64,000 bases of DNA from a virus. The stretch is taken from the IMG/VR virus record IMGVR_UViG_3300030329_005244; one strand, written 5' to 3'. Positions 1-7,544 of this stretch are shown piece after piece. Both the position numbers and the translations under genes were made by a program. The notes beneath the pieces are model-generated. The model saw nothing but the letters and a program-made list of their open reading frames with translations. It was not told the origin of the DNA and did not search any database. Numbering within the stretch: the stretch's first letter is position 1; every line of letters begins with the position of its first letter.

Positions 1-1842
1 TCCACCGCCAGCGGTATAGCCAGAGTAAAGAATGTTGTGATAATCTACCACACTACCATCGGGACGAGAACTCGTCTCGGTACGGGTGGTTTGCATACCA
101 AAGAATGCGTCTTCGGGATTAGTCAAGCCGCCATCGGAAGCGGAAAGGCGCAGACGCACAGTCGGCATCTCCAAAGAGCCGGTGCAAGATGCCACACCTT
201 TTCCACTGATTCCCCAACCACCACTCAGATAAGTGCCAGCATAAGCGGGAACCAAAACAGTGCCAGCAGGCATCGCGGCTGCACCGCTGGTGTGGGGGAT
301 ACCCATGCCGCCGGTGAGGAAATAGTTGGTTAAGGATAACTCAGGACTAAAGTCGTGGGTGCCAGGAGTCACGCTTCCTTGAGGATTAATCTGTCCTGGG
401 TAGCTTCCTGTCGTGAACTGGCCAGGACCCTGAAGGTTAAAGATGGTGCTGAAGCGCGGAGGACCGAAATAACCGAATGGAAGCAGAGAAGCGTCAGTGG
501 CGCCTCCCTCCACATCTGAAGCCATTTCCACATAGACAAACTTGGATTTATTATCATAGTCGCCATATGTCTTTAAGCGCTTTTCGGTGGCATCCCACGT
601 TTGGTATTTATCACCTATCTTACGTCCAAGATAGTTAGGAGAAGAAGGATCGAGATTACAATTGTCATAACGTTCCATCACTTCAATCTTGGCATCTGTA
701 TCATGAATATTACGGATAATAACCGAGAACGTTCCATACGCATCAGTGTTAGTGGAGGAACGTCGAATGTTAGCAATCGACACCTTGCAGTTCTTTTGGA
801 GCCATGCCCCATGTCCACGCCCAATAAAGCGGAAGAGTTTAGGCGCATTCTCAGCGACGAACGCTGCGGGCTGTCCTAAATCCTGCCCGATGAACCACCC
901 AGCCTTGGCTTCATTGGAAGCCTGACCCTTCAGGGCATTGGGGCCCTCGCTCGAACTGCCCTTCCACAGAGCAAATACTGCGCCCAAAGAGCCAGTGTGG
1001 AGCGCCCTGTCGCGAATAGTCTGATCGAATGTCTGCCCCAGCCAATAAGACTGAGCTGAATCCGAGGCATAAAAAGTACCGGCACTGCTCGCCTTGGTGG
1101 GGTTGGTGTTGAAAACATTGCGGATATAGTTAGCGTTCGTGTCATCTAAGGTGAAAGTATACTTCTTCTCCGTCATCTGACCAGGTGAGCCGCTAAGAAC
1201 CATAGTAAACAAGTCGTTGGAATCCCGTCCAATCACAGTGCCGTTCGCGCCCGTAGCCTGAAGAAGGTTACCCGCAGCGCCTGCGTCAAGGATTGCTCCA
1301 CCATATACATTACCGCTTAGGAAGAGATCGCCAGCTTCCACATAGAAGATAGCTGCCAACGAACCTGTGCCGATGTTAGCCTGCGTGGCTGCGCCAGAGG
1401 TAAAAAGAAACAACCCATACGCCCCACCATTACTGGGAGGAGAGATGTTGGGGTTATTGCTGGTTTTCCAACCCGCTGCACCAGCAGGCACCGAAGCTGC
1501 ATTAGCCGAACCAATGGAAGTCTGCTGCCCCAAGAGACGCAGATAGTTAAGAGGAGCCACATTGGAATGAAGGAAGGCTTTTGCGGCATAAGTTCCATAC
1601 ATGGGGGATTGCGTGTCACCGTCCCGCCAAACATCAACGCCAGAGCCGCCCGCAACAGTGTCTCCAAACATCTCCACAAACTGAGAGTAAGACTCCACCT
1701 TGACGGGTTGCATCGCCAGTCCTCGCGTGGCTCGACCGACAACAAGTGGGCCGATGGCTTCAGGGGATGTTGGAATAAACGAGTTATCAATCTCGTTAAT
1801 AAAAACGCCTGGGGATACAAATTTAAAATCTTTAACTGACAT
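1..1842 (-). CDS. Contractile tail sheath protein (T4 gp18-like), truncated at the window's left edge
   Basis: Absent from the ORF track because it has no stop in the window. ATG at 1842 follows an AAGGA RBS and reads MSVKDFKFVSPGVFINEIDNS, the typical sheath N-terminus (SPGVxxxEID). Only the start and the last codons (…YSGYTAGGG at position 1) were translated by hand. It follows the neck/tail-terminator genes. Confidence 0.9.
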   Translation of the reverse strand, partial: MSVKDFKFVSPGVFINEIDNSFIPTSPEAIGPLVVGRATRGLAMQPVKVESYSQFVEMFGDTVAGGSGVDVWRDGDTQSPMYGTYAAKAFLHSNVAPLNYLRLLGQQTSIGSANAASVPAGAAGWKTSNNPNISPPSNGGAYGLFLFTSGAATQANIGTGSLAAIFYVEAGDLFLSGNVYGGAILDAGAAGNLLQATGANGTVIGRDSNDLFTMVLSGSPGQMTEKKYTFTLDDTNANYIRNVFNTNPTKASSAGTFYASDSAQSYWLGQTFDQTIRDRALHTGSLGAVFALWKGSSSEGPNALKGQASNEAKAGWFIGQDLGQPAAFVAENAPKLFRFIGRGHGAWLQKNCKVSIANIRRSSTNTDAYGTFSVIIRNIHDTDAKIEVMERYDNCNLDPSSPNYLGRKIGDKYQTWDATEKRLKTYGDYDNKSKFVYVEMASDVEGGATDASLLPFGYFGPPRFSTIFNLQGPGQFTTGSYPGQINPQGSVTPGTHDFSPELSLTNYFLTGGMGIPHTSGAAAMPAGTVLVPAYAGTYLSGGWGISGKGVASCTGSLEMPTVRLRLSASDGGLTNPEDAFFGMQTTRTETSSRPDGSVVDYHNILYSGYTAGGG

Positions 1843-1898
1843 ATTGGAGGGTTCCTTTTGAGGGCTTCTGGTGCTGATAGCTACCGCATAATCATTAT

Positions 1899-1906
1899 TA
1901 AATAGT
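1899..1906 (-). promoter_or_regulatory. Putative late promoter motif ACTATTTA (coding strand) upstream of the tail sheath
   Basis: TAAATAGT on + strand in the intergenic gap, 57 nt before the sheath ATG. The motif recurs upstream of many structural genes. Confidence 0.65.
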
Positions 1907-1956
1907 GCTGATGCCCTTCAAACGTCAGGAGAGTTTTAATAAAATGGGCGTCTATA

Positions 1957-2850
1957 TCAGGAACTACCTTTAGTGATGTTCCCAAAGATATTTGACATTC
2001 CCGGCATCGCAACTGTCTCTCTGGGGTATGTAACCTCCACTACATTCTCTCTAATTTCCACAAGGGGCCGCTCATCGTTGGGGCCCTCCCCAATGAGATA
2101 GCCCAAGACGTTGATCGTGATGTCAGTAGAAAAGGTGCGCAACTCCGTACCTAAATTAGACATATTGTTGTTTTGGGCGAAGTTGGCGTCAATAAAGGCT
2201 TCATATAGATGTCCATTGCGCCGCATCACAAAAGAATTGATTTGTCCTGTTCGTCCCAAAAAGGGCATCACGATTTCATTCATCTGTTGCTGGTATTCAG
2301 TTTTTATAGAAATCTTGTAATCCACATTCACGTACACCGGAATAGGAATAGACAAGGTGCGCACCACTATTTTCTTATTTACTCTCGGATAATGCCTTTG
2401 CAGCTTGGTGTTGGTGTTGTTCCGCACCCCAGTAGCTACGGCAAAATTGCGCGTTTTATCAGGAACTATCTGCTTGGCTAGAATGACTCTCCCACTCCGT
2501 CCGTTTGTTTTCTCCGAATACAAATTAGCTTGAAAGCTTCCTTTCTTTTCTGGATCTTTGCTAACTGTTGTCCGTTCGATGCTCACCAATGGAAGCTTTA
2601 AAGTGCCCCCATCATCACGCAATTGCTTTTCGTTTTTAATCTGATAGGCTCGTTCAGGAGCTTGCCATAAAACTGGCACCTGTGCCCACCCCTCGTTGGT
2701 GGTTGCGCGCAGATCCAAGTCCTTCTTCAGCCACTCTACGAGGGCGGCATCAATATCTTCTAACGTAGAAGAGAGCATCCCAATTTCTTTTAAAGTGGCG
2801 TTAGGAATATCCCTCGGAATAAGCGCAAAATTAAAATTCTTAGGAAGCAT
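1957..2850 (-). CDS. Tail terminator/completion protein (gp15-like)
   Basis: Likely start MLPKNF at 2850, overlapping the upstream stop. Contains LPLVSIERT and PVYVNVDYKISIKTEYQQQMNEIV segments typical of gp15-like proteins. Lies between the neck genes and the sheath. Confidence 0.65.
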   Translation of the reverse strand: MLPKNFNFALIPRDIPNATLKEIGMLSSTLEDIDAALVEWLKKDLDLRATTNEGWAQVPVLWQAPERAYQIKNEKQLRDDGGTLKLPLVSIERTTVSKDPEKKGSFQANLYSEKTNGRSGRVILAKQIVPDKTRNFAVATGVRNNTNTKLQRHYPRVNKKIVVRTLSIPIPVYVNVDYKISIKTEYQQQMNEIVMPFLGRTGQINSFVMRRNGHLYEAFIDANFAQNNNMSNLGTELRTFSTDITINVLGYLIGEGPNDERPLVEIRENVVEVTYPRETVAMPGMSNIFGNITKGSS

Positions 2851-3328
2851 CGAATAACCCCTTGCGTGCTTTTTGACAAACTGCTGACACTTCAAAGAAA
2901 TGATCCACTTGTCCAAACAATTGTGTATCAATCGCAAGCGTTACGATTTCATAATAAGTCTCACCGTATAAAACAAAATCTCCTTCACGTACATACAAGT
3001 CCTGGTCCTCTTCAAGGCGCCTCTTGTGAAAGTGAATGGTGATTTGCCAGTTTTTATCTACACCTGCGCCCTCTAAATAAAAAGTTTCAGCAGCAGTAAA
3101 TTCTACCAAAGCATACACACGGACTGGAGGAAGAAAATTCTTAACGATTGCCTCTCCATATACTTCATTGAAGTTGGTGCGCTGCATATCAATGGGATAA
3201 TACAGAACCTGTTGCCCTACAACCTTTTCAATCAGCTCATCATTGACTTGCTTAACTAAATCTCGTTCTTTCTCTCCTAAAAAGAGCGGTGGTGGGGGCT
3301 GTGGTGGGCGTTGCCATTCATCGGACAT
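2840..3328 (-). CDS. Neck/head-closure protein (gp14-like)
   Basis: GQQVLYY…VYGEA…REGDFVLYG pattern; synteny gp13-gp14-gp15-gp18. Confidence 0.7.
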   Translation of the reverse strand: MSDEWQRPPQPPPPLFLGEKERDLVKQVNDELIEKVVGQQVLYYPIDMQRTNFNEVYGEAIVKNFLPPVRVYALVEFTAAETFYLEGAGVDKNWQITIHFHKRRLEEDQDLYVREGDFVLYGETYYEIVTLAIDTQLFGQVDHFFEVSAVCQKARKGLFDAS

Positions 3329-3334
3329 ATGTTA

Positions 3335-4618
3335 TTATCCTACAAAAATCGGAAGGGGAGATTGCCGCAATGTAGCGGCGGAAGCGTCAGCCTTTTCTTG
3401 ATCCAGCTTAGCCAATTCCGCGTATTCCATCTCTTTCAACAGCTCACGCAGTTTGTCTTTGAGGGTTGCCTGTTCTTCCTTGGCTTGACTCAACAATTCA
3501 GAGAAATTAAGAGTAACAGATTGCCCCGGAATAGGAATTGTGGTAAACTTGCCTCGAATTTGCCCCAACATCTCTTTACATAACGCCAACGCATATTTTC
3601 GAATCCATTGTTTTCCAATTGAATTGATGTTTTCATACGGTAGGTTTCCAAACGGCAGCGTATTCATATTATTAACGCCCTTAACGCCCGTGCGATAACC
3701 ATCGTCTTCATCCCATGCATTAGATTCAACATAAAATTTAAACCACACTCGATTAAAAAGACTTTCCATATCCCACGTAGTCGGACGCGGATATATTCGC
3801 AACCGGTTATTAATTAATTCATAGGAGAAATTAGAGATGCGCGTAGTAATCGCATCTTCATACATCATCGCTTGAAGTTTGTTCTGCCAAACAGGCACAA
3901 TTTCAAATGTTGAATCATCAGCATACTGTCCATAGGTGGAGTAATTTCCCACCACACCTATGCCCCCGTAATAGCCATAGAAGCGCCACATAGACGCAGG
4001 AGACTTATAAAAAACCTGAGTAATGATAATCCGGCTGTCTCCAACTTTTCCTGAGAAATCCACAGGATTGCCCGCATCGTCAGTGCCCGTACTGGAGGCT
4101 TCTTCTACAATGGCTTGAAGATCGTAATCTTGTTTGTTGTCCACAACATCAAACGATGCTGAATATTGAGGGATTGTTCCACCCAAACCGCCAGGTACAG
4201 CCGCTGCCATTCCATCACCCACTTGGCGGGAATAACTATACTGAAAACGTGGATATCTAAGGCTTGCGCTAGCGGGTGTGTTCCCTTGTTCTACACCCAT
4301 GTGATTGAAAGTGCCAGTCGTATCTCCCAAAGTATCGGAAAGAACATTTTTGGCTTGGTGCAGGTTGAGAATATATGAATATTCTAAAACCGCCTCCTCA
4401 TAAGCCGAATATACATTGGCTGGTGTCAGCTCGATGTCTACAACATCGCCACCTAGCTTTTTATAAACATAATTAACCTGAACCGCAGCTCCGCTGAGGA
4501 AATCATACGATCCTGTATACATTCCAAAAGGCACGGCACTCGCCACATCATTGGCGGTCCCCGTTGATGGCAAAATAACAGCACTGACTTGAGATTTAGG
4601 ACTTAGATTGACGGGCAT
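3335..4618 (-). CDS. Neck protein / head-tail adaptor (gp13-like)
   Basis: KLGGDVVDIELT near the N-terminus and WIRKYALALCKEMLGQIRGKFTTIPIPG…LN…LLSQAKEE at the C-terminus are gp13 hallmarks. Confidence 0.85.
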   Translation of the reverse strand: MPVNLSPKSQVSAVILPSTGTANDVASAVPFGMYTGSYDFLSGAAVQVNYVYKKLGGDVVDIELTPANVYSAYEEAVLEYSYILNLHQAKNVLSDTLGDTTGTFNHMGVEQGNTPASASLRYPRFQYSYSRQVGDGMAAAVPGGLGGTIPQYSASFDVVDNKQDYDLQAIVEEASSTGTDDAGNPVDFSGKVGDSRIIITQVFYKSPASMWRFYGYYGGIGVVGNYSTYGQYADDSTFEIVPVWQNKLQAMMYEDAITTRISNFSYELINNRLRIYPRPTTWDMESLFNRVWFKFYVESNAWDEDDGYRTGVKGVNNMNTLPFGNLPYENINSIGKQWIRKYALALCKEMLGQIRGKFTTIPIPGQSVTLNFSELLSQAKEEQATLKDKLRELLKEMEYAELAKLDQEKADASAATLRQSPLPIFVG

Positions 4619-4635
4619 TTACAGAGTTCTCCTGG

Positions 4636-4645
4636 TATAAATAGT
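4636..4645 (-). promoter_or_regulatory. Putative late promoter motif ACTATTTATA
   Basis: TATAAATAGT on +, between a terminator hairpin and the GGAG RBS of gp13. Confidence 0.65.
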
Positions 4646-4651
4646 GCCCAT

Positions 4652-4681
4652 AAAACAAAACCCCCAGCGTAATGCCGGGGG
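4652..4681 (-). terminator. Rho-independent terminator
   Basis: Minus strand CCCCCGGC-ATTAC-GCTGGGGG hairpin followed by TTTTGTTTT. Confidence 0.8.
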
Positions 4682-4701
4682 CTTGCCGAAAGACAAATTA
4701 T

Positions 4702-5022
4702 TTATGCAGATGCTTCTGTTTTTGCCTTTGTCTTCCTCCTCGTCGTCGTCCGTCGGCTTGCCGTCGAACGCTTTCGAGGCGCTCTCTTCTTTGGAGGGGT
4801 GGGTTCTTTCGCTACGGGAGCAACGTCAACCTTTTCTTCCACGAGAGGGGGAGGTGCGACTGCTGGCTCGGGGGTCGGTACCGGGGTGCGACTCGGTGCC
4901 GGTGATTCCTCCGATAATCCCATCTCCTCTGTATCTACGTCGTCTTGGCTTATAAGAGGATGTGCAGAGTGTTTGTTGCCAAACTTATGCCTCGCAGAGA
5001 TCAGCCGTCTCTTCCTGCCCAT
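4702..5022 (-). CDS. Hypothetical low-complexity protein (basic ends, Pro/Glu-rich centre)
   Basis: 106-aa ORF with GGAG RBS, a motif variant upstream and a terminator downstream. Lys/Arg-rich C-terminal tail. Confidence 0.7.
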   Translation of the reverse strand: MGRKRRLISARHKFGNKHSAHPLISQDDVDTEEMGLSEESPAPSRTPVPTPEPAVAPPPLVEEKVDVAPVAKEPTPPKKRAPRKRSTASRRTTTRRKTKAKTEASA

Positions 5023-5042
5023 AAAGACTCCGTAAATACATC

Positions 5043-5052
5043 TATAATTAGT
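5043..5052 (-). promoter_or_regulatory. Variant late promoter motif ACTAATTATA
   Basis: TATAATTAGT on +, in the same position (after the terminator, before the RBS) as the other copies. Confidence 0.5.
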
Positions 5053-5064
5053 CTCTCAAAAACG

Positions 5065-5090
5065 AAAAACCCCACTTTTTTAAGGTGGGG
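5065..5090 (-). terminator. Rho-independent terminator
   Basis: CCCCAC…GTGGGG stem followed by TTTTT on the minus strand. Confidence 0.75.
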
Positions 5091-5111
5091 CTCAGATAAA
5101 TCTATCTTTTA

Positions 5112-5726
5112 TCAACCTTCGACGTGAACATATTTGACCCACATGCGGACTCTGCCGTCTGAATTGGCGAAAGTCGAGTTCGATGTCAGGGTAATATGAA
5201 TATCTCGCGCAGACGCAGAATAGGCAGCATCAGCATCAAGAACCATGGTAGCAAGTCCACCCAAAGAAGTGCGAATCGCGGTATTTGTACATGTCCCTTT
5301 CCCCACGGCGATGGTAGTAGAGGCGTTGGAAATAGCGTCAACATCGTTATTTGCTATTTCCTGACCGCTGGCAGTCGTTCCGGCTTTCATGCCCAATTTC
5401 GCTGATGCATTGAGAGTAATTAGCGTTGTCACCACCACTCCAACATCCAAAATAATACAATGTGCTGGAACGGCTAGGGCGCCCGAAGCGGCGCCGGCTT
5501 GCCCACTAGTACAAGTAACATCTCCCGAGTGAGTAATTCCCACCATCCCAGTTTTATAAGCGCTTGCACTCAAGTTGCCAGAAAGGGTAGATGTCCCACT
5601 TATAGTTACGTCTTGCCCGGTATTAATGATAGTGTCAGTAAAGGTTGCACCATTCCAATCGATGCTTCGCTTTAGATATTCGACTAATGCTTGGGTTCTT
5701 GCCAAGCCGACTCTTTTAGTTCCCAT
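5112..5726 (-). CDS. Putative capsid decoration/cement protein, paralogue 3 (MGTKRVGLARTQAL family)
   Basis: Shares its N-terminal 14 aa with two neighbours. Small-residue beta-rich C-terminal domain ends WVKYVHVEG. Lies just downstream of the MCP. Confidence 0.55.
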   Translation of the reverse strand: MGTKRVGLARTQALVEYLKRSIDWNGATFTDTIINTGQDVTISGTSTLSGNLSASAYKTGMVGITHSGDVTCTSGQAGAASGALAVPAHCIILDVGVVVTTLITLNASAKLGMKAGTTASGQEIANNDVDAISNASTTIAVGKGTCTNTAIRTSLGGLATMVLDADAAYSASARDIHITLTSNSTFANSDGRVRMWVKYVHVEG

Positions 5727-5740
5727 AGTTATTAATCTCC

Positions 5741-6346
5741 TCAGCCTTCCACATGGATGTATTTGACCCAGAACCGAACGGTTCCAGCCGTAATACTTCC
5801 ACCACCAGCCGTAAGAGTGCAGTGAATATCTCGTGCCGATGCAGCATATGCCTTATCAGCCGTCACTACCACCACAGCGTTGCCACCCATTGCCGTCGTC
5901 TCAGCAGAAACTGTATTGCAACCCTTTCCAACTGCAATGCTCTCACCACTAGCTGCCAATGAATTGGCAACAGCCGCAGCAATATCGGTCCCAGCGGCGG
6001 ATGTTCCCGCTTGCAGACCATACGTGCCGTTAGCGGCTTCCAACAGCGTCGTGACAACGACACCTATATCAGTAATAATAGCGTGAGCGGGGATCGCCAG
6101 GGCTCCCGAAGCCCAAGTGGAGCCGCTCGATGCGCTAATTGCAGCCGAATGTGTCACCCCCTCGATGCCCGTCTTATAGCCACTAGCGACAAGGTTACCA
6201 GAAAGGGTAGTGGTACCGCTTACGGTTACATCTTGCCCGGTGTTAATGATAACATCGGTGAATGTTGCCCCGTTAAAGTCGAGGCTCCTTTTTAAGTTTT
6301 CGATCAAAGCTTGTGTACGAGCCAAGCCGACTCTTTTAGTTCCCAT
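5741..6346 (-). CDS. Putative capsid decoration/cement protein, paralogue 2
   Basis: Similar to 5112..5726 along its length (same N-terminus, WVKYIHVEG end). Confidence 0.55.
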   Translation of the reverse strand: MGTKRVGLARTQALIENLKRSLDFNGATFTDVIINTGQDVTVSGTTTLSGNLVASGYKTGIEGVTHSAAISASSGSTWASGALAIPAHAIITDIGVVVTTLLEAANGTYGLQAGTSAAGTDIAAAVANSLAASGESIAVGKGCNTVSAETTAMGGNAVVVVTADKAYAASARDIHCTLTAGGGSITAGTVRFWVKYIHVEG

Positions 6347-6379
6347 TTATATGCCCCTCCAATTTATAAGCATTTACTC

Positions 6380-6387
6380 TAAATAGT
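6380..6387 (-). promoter_or_regulatory. Putative late promoter motif ACTATTTA
   Basis: TAAATAGT on +, between the terminator and the GGAGG RBS. Confidence 0.65.
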
Positions 6388-6397
6388 GAGGTCACGC

Positions 6398-6421
6398 ACA
6401 AACCCCCTCCGAAGAGGGGGG
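6398..6421 (-). terminator. Terminator hairpin with C(UUCG)G-type loop
   Basis: Minus strand CCCCCTC-TTCG-GAGGGGG-TTTG. Confidence 0.75.
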
Positions 6422-6444
6422 GGAATAAAACATTCTATCTAATC

Positions 6445-6972
6445 TTAACCGAGATCCTGGTAACCTTCCACATAAACATAGAACTTGCCAGCAGTAAGAG
6501 CCGCACTTCCAATAGTGATAGAAACCGGAGCAACAGTGGTAACAATGCGTTTGCCAGCGGCAGTCGTGTTGTGTGCAAGGGCACCATCGAAAGGATGCAC
6601 CGAGTTGGCGGTTAAAGAAGCTTTCCCGATGGATGTTACGAACCCATTGGGATCGGCACCAGTCGCGGTCGTTCCGGTGCCCACGATGAGCGTAGCCGCA
6701 CCACCAGAAGTCACAGCGTCAATTACTTCGAGCCATCCGCCTGTTACCATAAAACCAACCGGAAGAGACAAAGCATTTCCCAGTGGATCCTTCAAGTTGT
6801 GCTCCGCAACAGTAGCCGTGTCAGTGCCATATTCCCACTTAAACGTATACGTTTGCTTCTGAGGTTGAGACGCCTGGAAGGCTTGCGTTTTAGCCCCACC
6901 CATCGTCAGCTCTCTCTTTAAGTTTTCAATTAATGCTTGGGTTCTCGCCAAGCCTACTCTTTTGGTTCCCAT
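6445..6972 (-). CDS. Putative capsid decoration/cement protein, paralogue 1
   Basis: Same N-terminal peptide. The C-terminal LPVGFMVTGGWLEV…LTAGKFYVYVEGY segment resembles small jelly-roll cement proteins. Confidence 0.55.
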   Translation of the reverse strand: MGTKRVGLARTQALIENLKRELTMGGAKTQAFQASQPQKQTYTFKWEYGTDTATVAEHNLKDPLGNALSLPVGFMVTGGWLEVIDAVTSGGAATLIVGTGTTATGADPNGFVTSIGKASLTANSVHPFDGALAHNTTAAGKRIVTTVAPVSITIGSAALTAGKFYVYVEGYQDLG

Positions 6973-7035
6973 AATTTATAACCCTCCATTTGTAATCATG
7001 TCATTAAACATAGGATGAATCTTTTTGATTCACAA

Positions 7036-7043
7036 TAAGTAGT
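7036..7043 (-). promoter_or_regulatory. Variant late promoter motif ACTACTTA
   Basis: TAAGTAGT on + in the intergenic gap upstream of 6972. Confidence 0.45.
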
Positions 7044-7079
7044 TGAGGGCAAAATCAAAAGAGACAGAGTTTGTACCTT

Positions 7080-7445
7080 TTAGCTTGTAACGTAGCGTAC
7101 CGTGGGAGGCGTAGCAGGTGCAGCAGTATCAGTTTGAGCGGCGCCTGTAGTACACCAATGACTAAAACCGGATGCGAAAGCAACCCCTTCGGGCATCACA
7201 TAGCTCCGCTTCACAGAGGCGGGGCACAAGAACTGCATCGTCACGGCAGTTGTGCCAGCGGTGGCGTCCGCGCTGTCAGCTAATTTAAAATAAACAGCGG
7301 TTGAATAGGAGGTGTTATCAATCTCCACCATATAAAGAGAGCCAGCGGCTCCGGTTGTATTGTCAACGGCGCTATTTGTCGCCCCTGTGTCTTGCACAAT
7401 CTTAGATGCAAGGGGGTTTGATTGATTGGTAACTGTAACTGCCAT
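7080..7445 (-). CDS. Small virion/head decoration protein (hypothetical)
   Basis: 121-aa Ala/Thr-rich beta protein immediately downstream of the MCP, with an AGGAGG RBS. Confidence 0.6.
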   Translation of the reverse strand: MAVTVTNQSNPLASKIVQDTGATNSAVDNTTGAAGSLYMVEIDNTSYSTAVYFKLADSADATAGTTAVTMQFLCPASVKRSYVMPEGVAFASGFSHWCTTGAAQTDTAAPATPPTVRYVTS

Positions 7446-7467
7446 GGGCGTGAGCCCTCCTTTTTAA

Positions 7468-7475
7468 TATATAGT
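7468..7475 (-). promoter_or_regulatory. Variant late promoter motif ACTATATA
   Basis: TATATAGT on +, between the MCP terminator and the next RBS. Confidence 0.45.
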
Positions 7476-7483
7476 CTCGGCAC

Positions 7484-7513
7484 AAAAGAAAAACCCCCGG
7501 CAAAAGCCGGGGG
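7484..7513 (-). terminator. Rho-independent terminator after the MCP
   Basis: CCCCCGGC-TTTT-GCCGGGGG followed by TTTTTCTTTT on the minus strand. Confidence 0.85.
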
Positions 7514-7544
7514 CTTAACTTATTTGGACCGTTCCTAATTTAGA

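Larger units (their letters stand above)
5701..6972. repeat. Three copies of the paralogue 5' end
   Basis: gccaagccgactcttttagttcccat is identical at 5701-5726 and 6321-6346; a 2-mismatch copy lies at 6947-6972. Confidence 0.85.

Noticed and set aside
1317-1820. 167-aa minus-strand ORF and other short ORFs in 1..1840
   Set aside because: They are out of frame with or antisense to the tail sheath gene starting at 1842.
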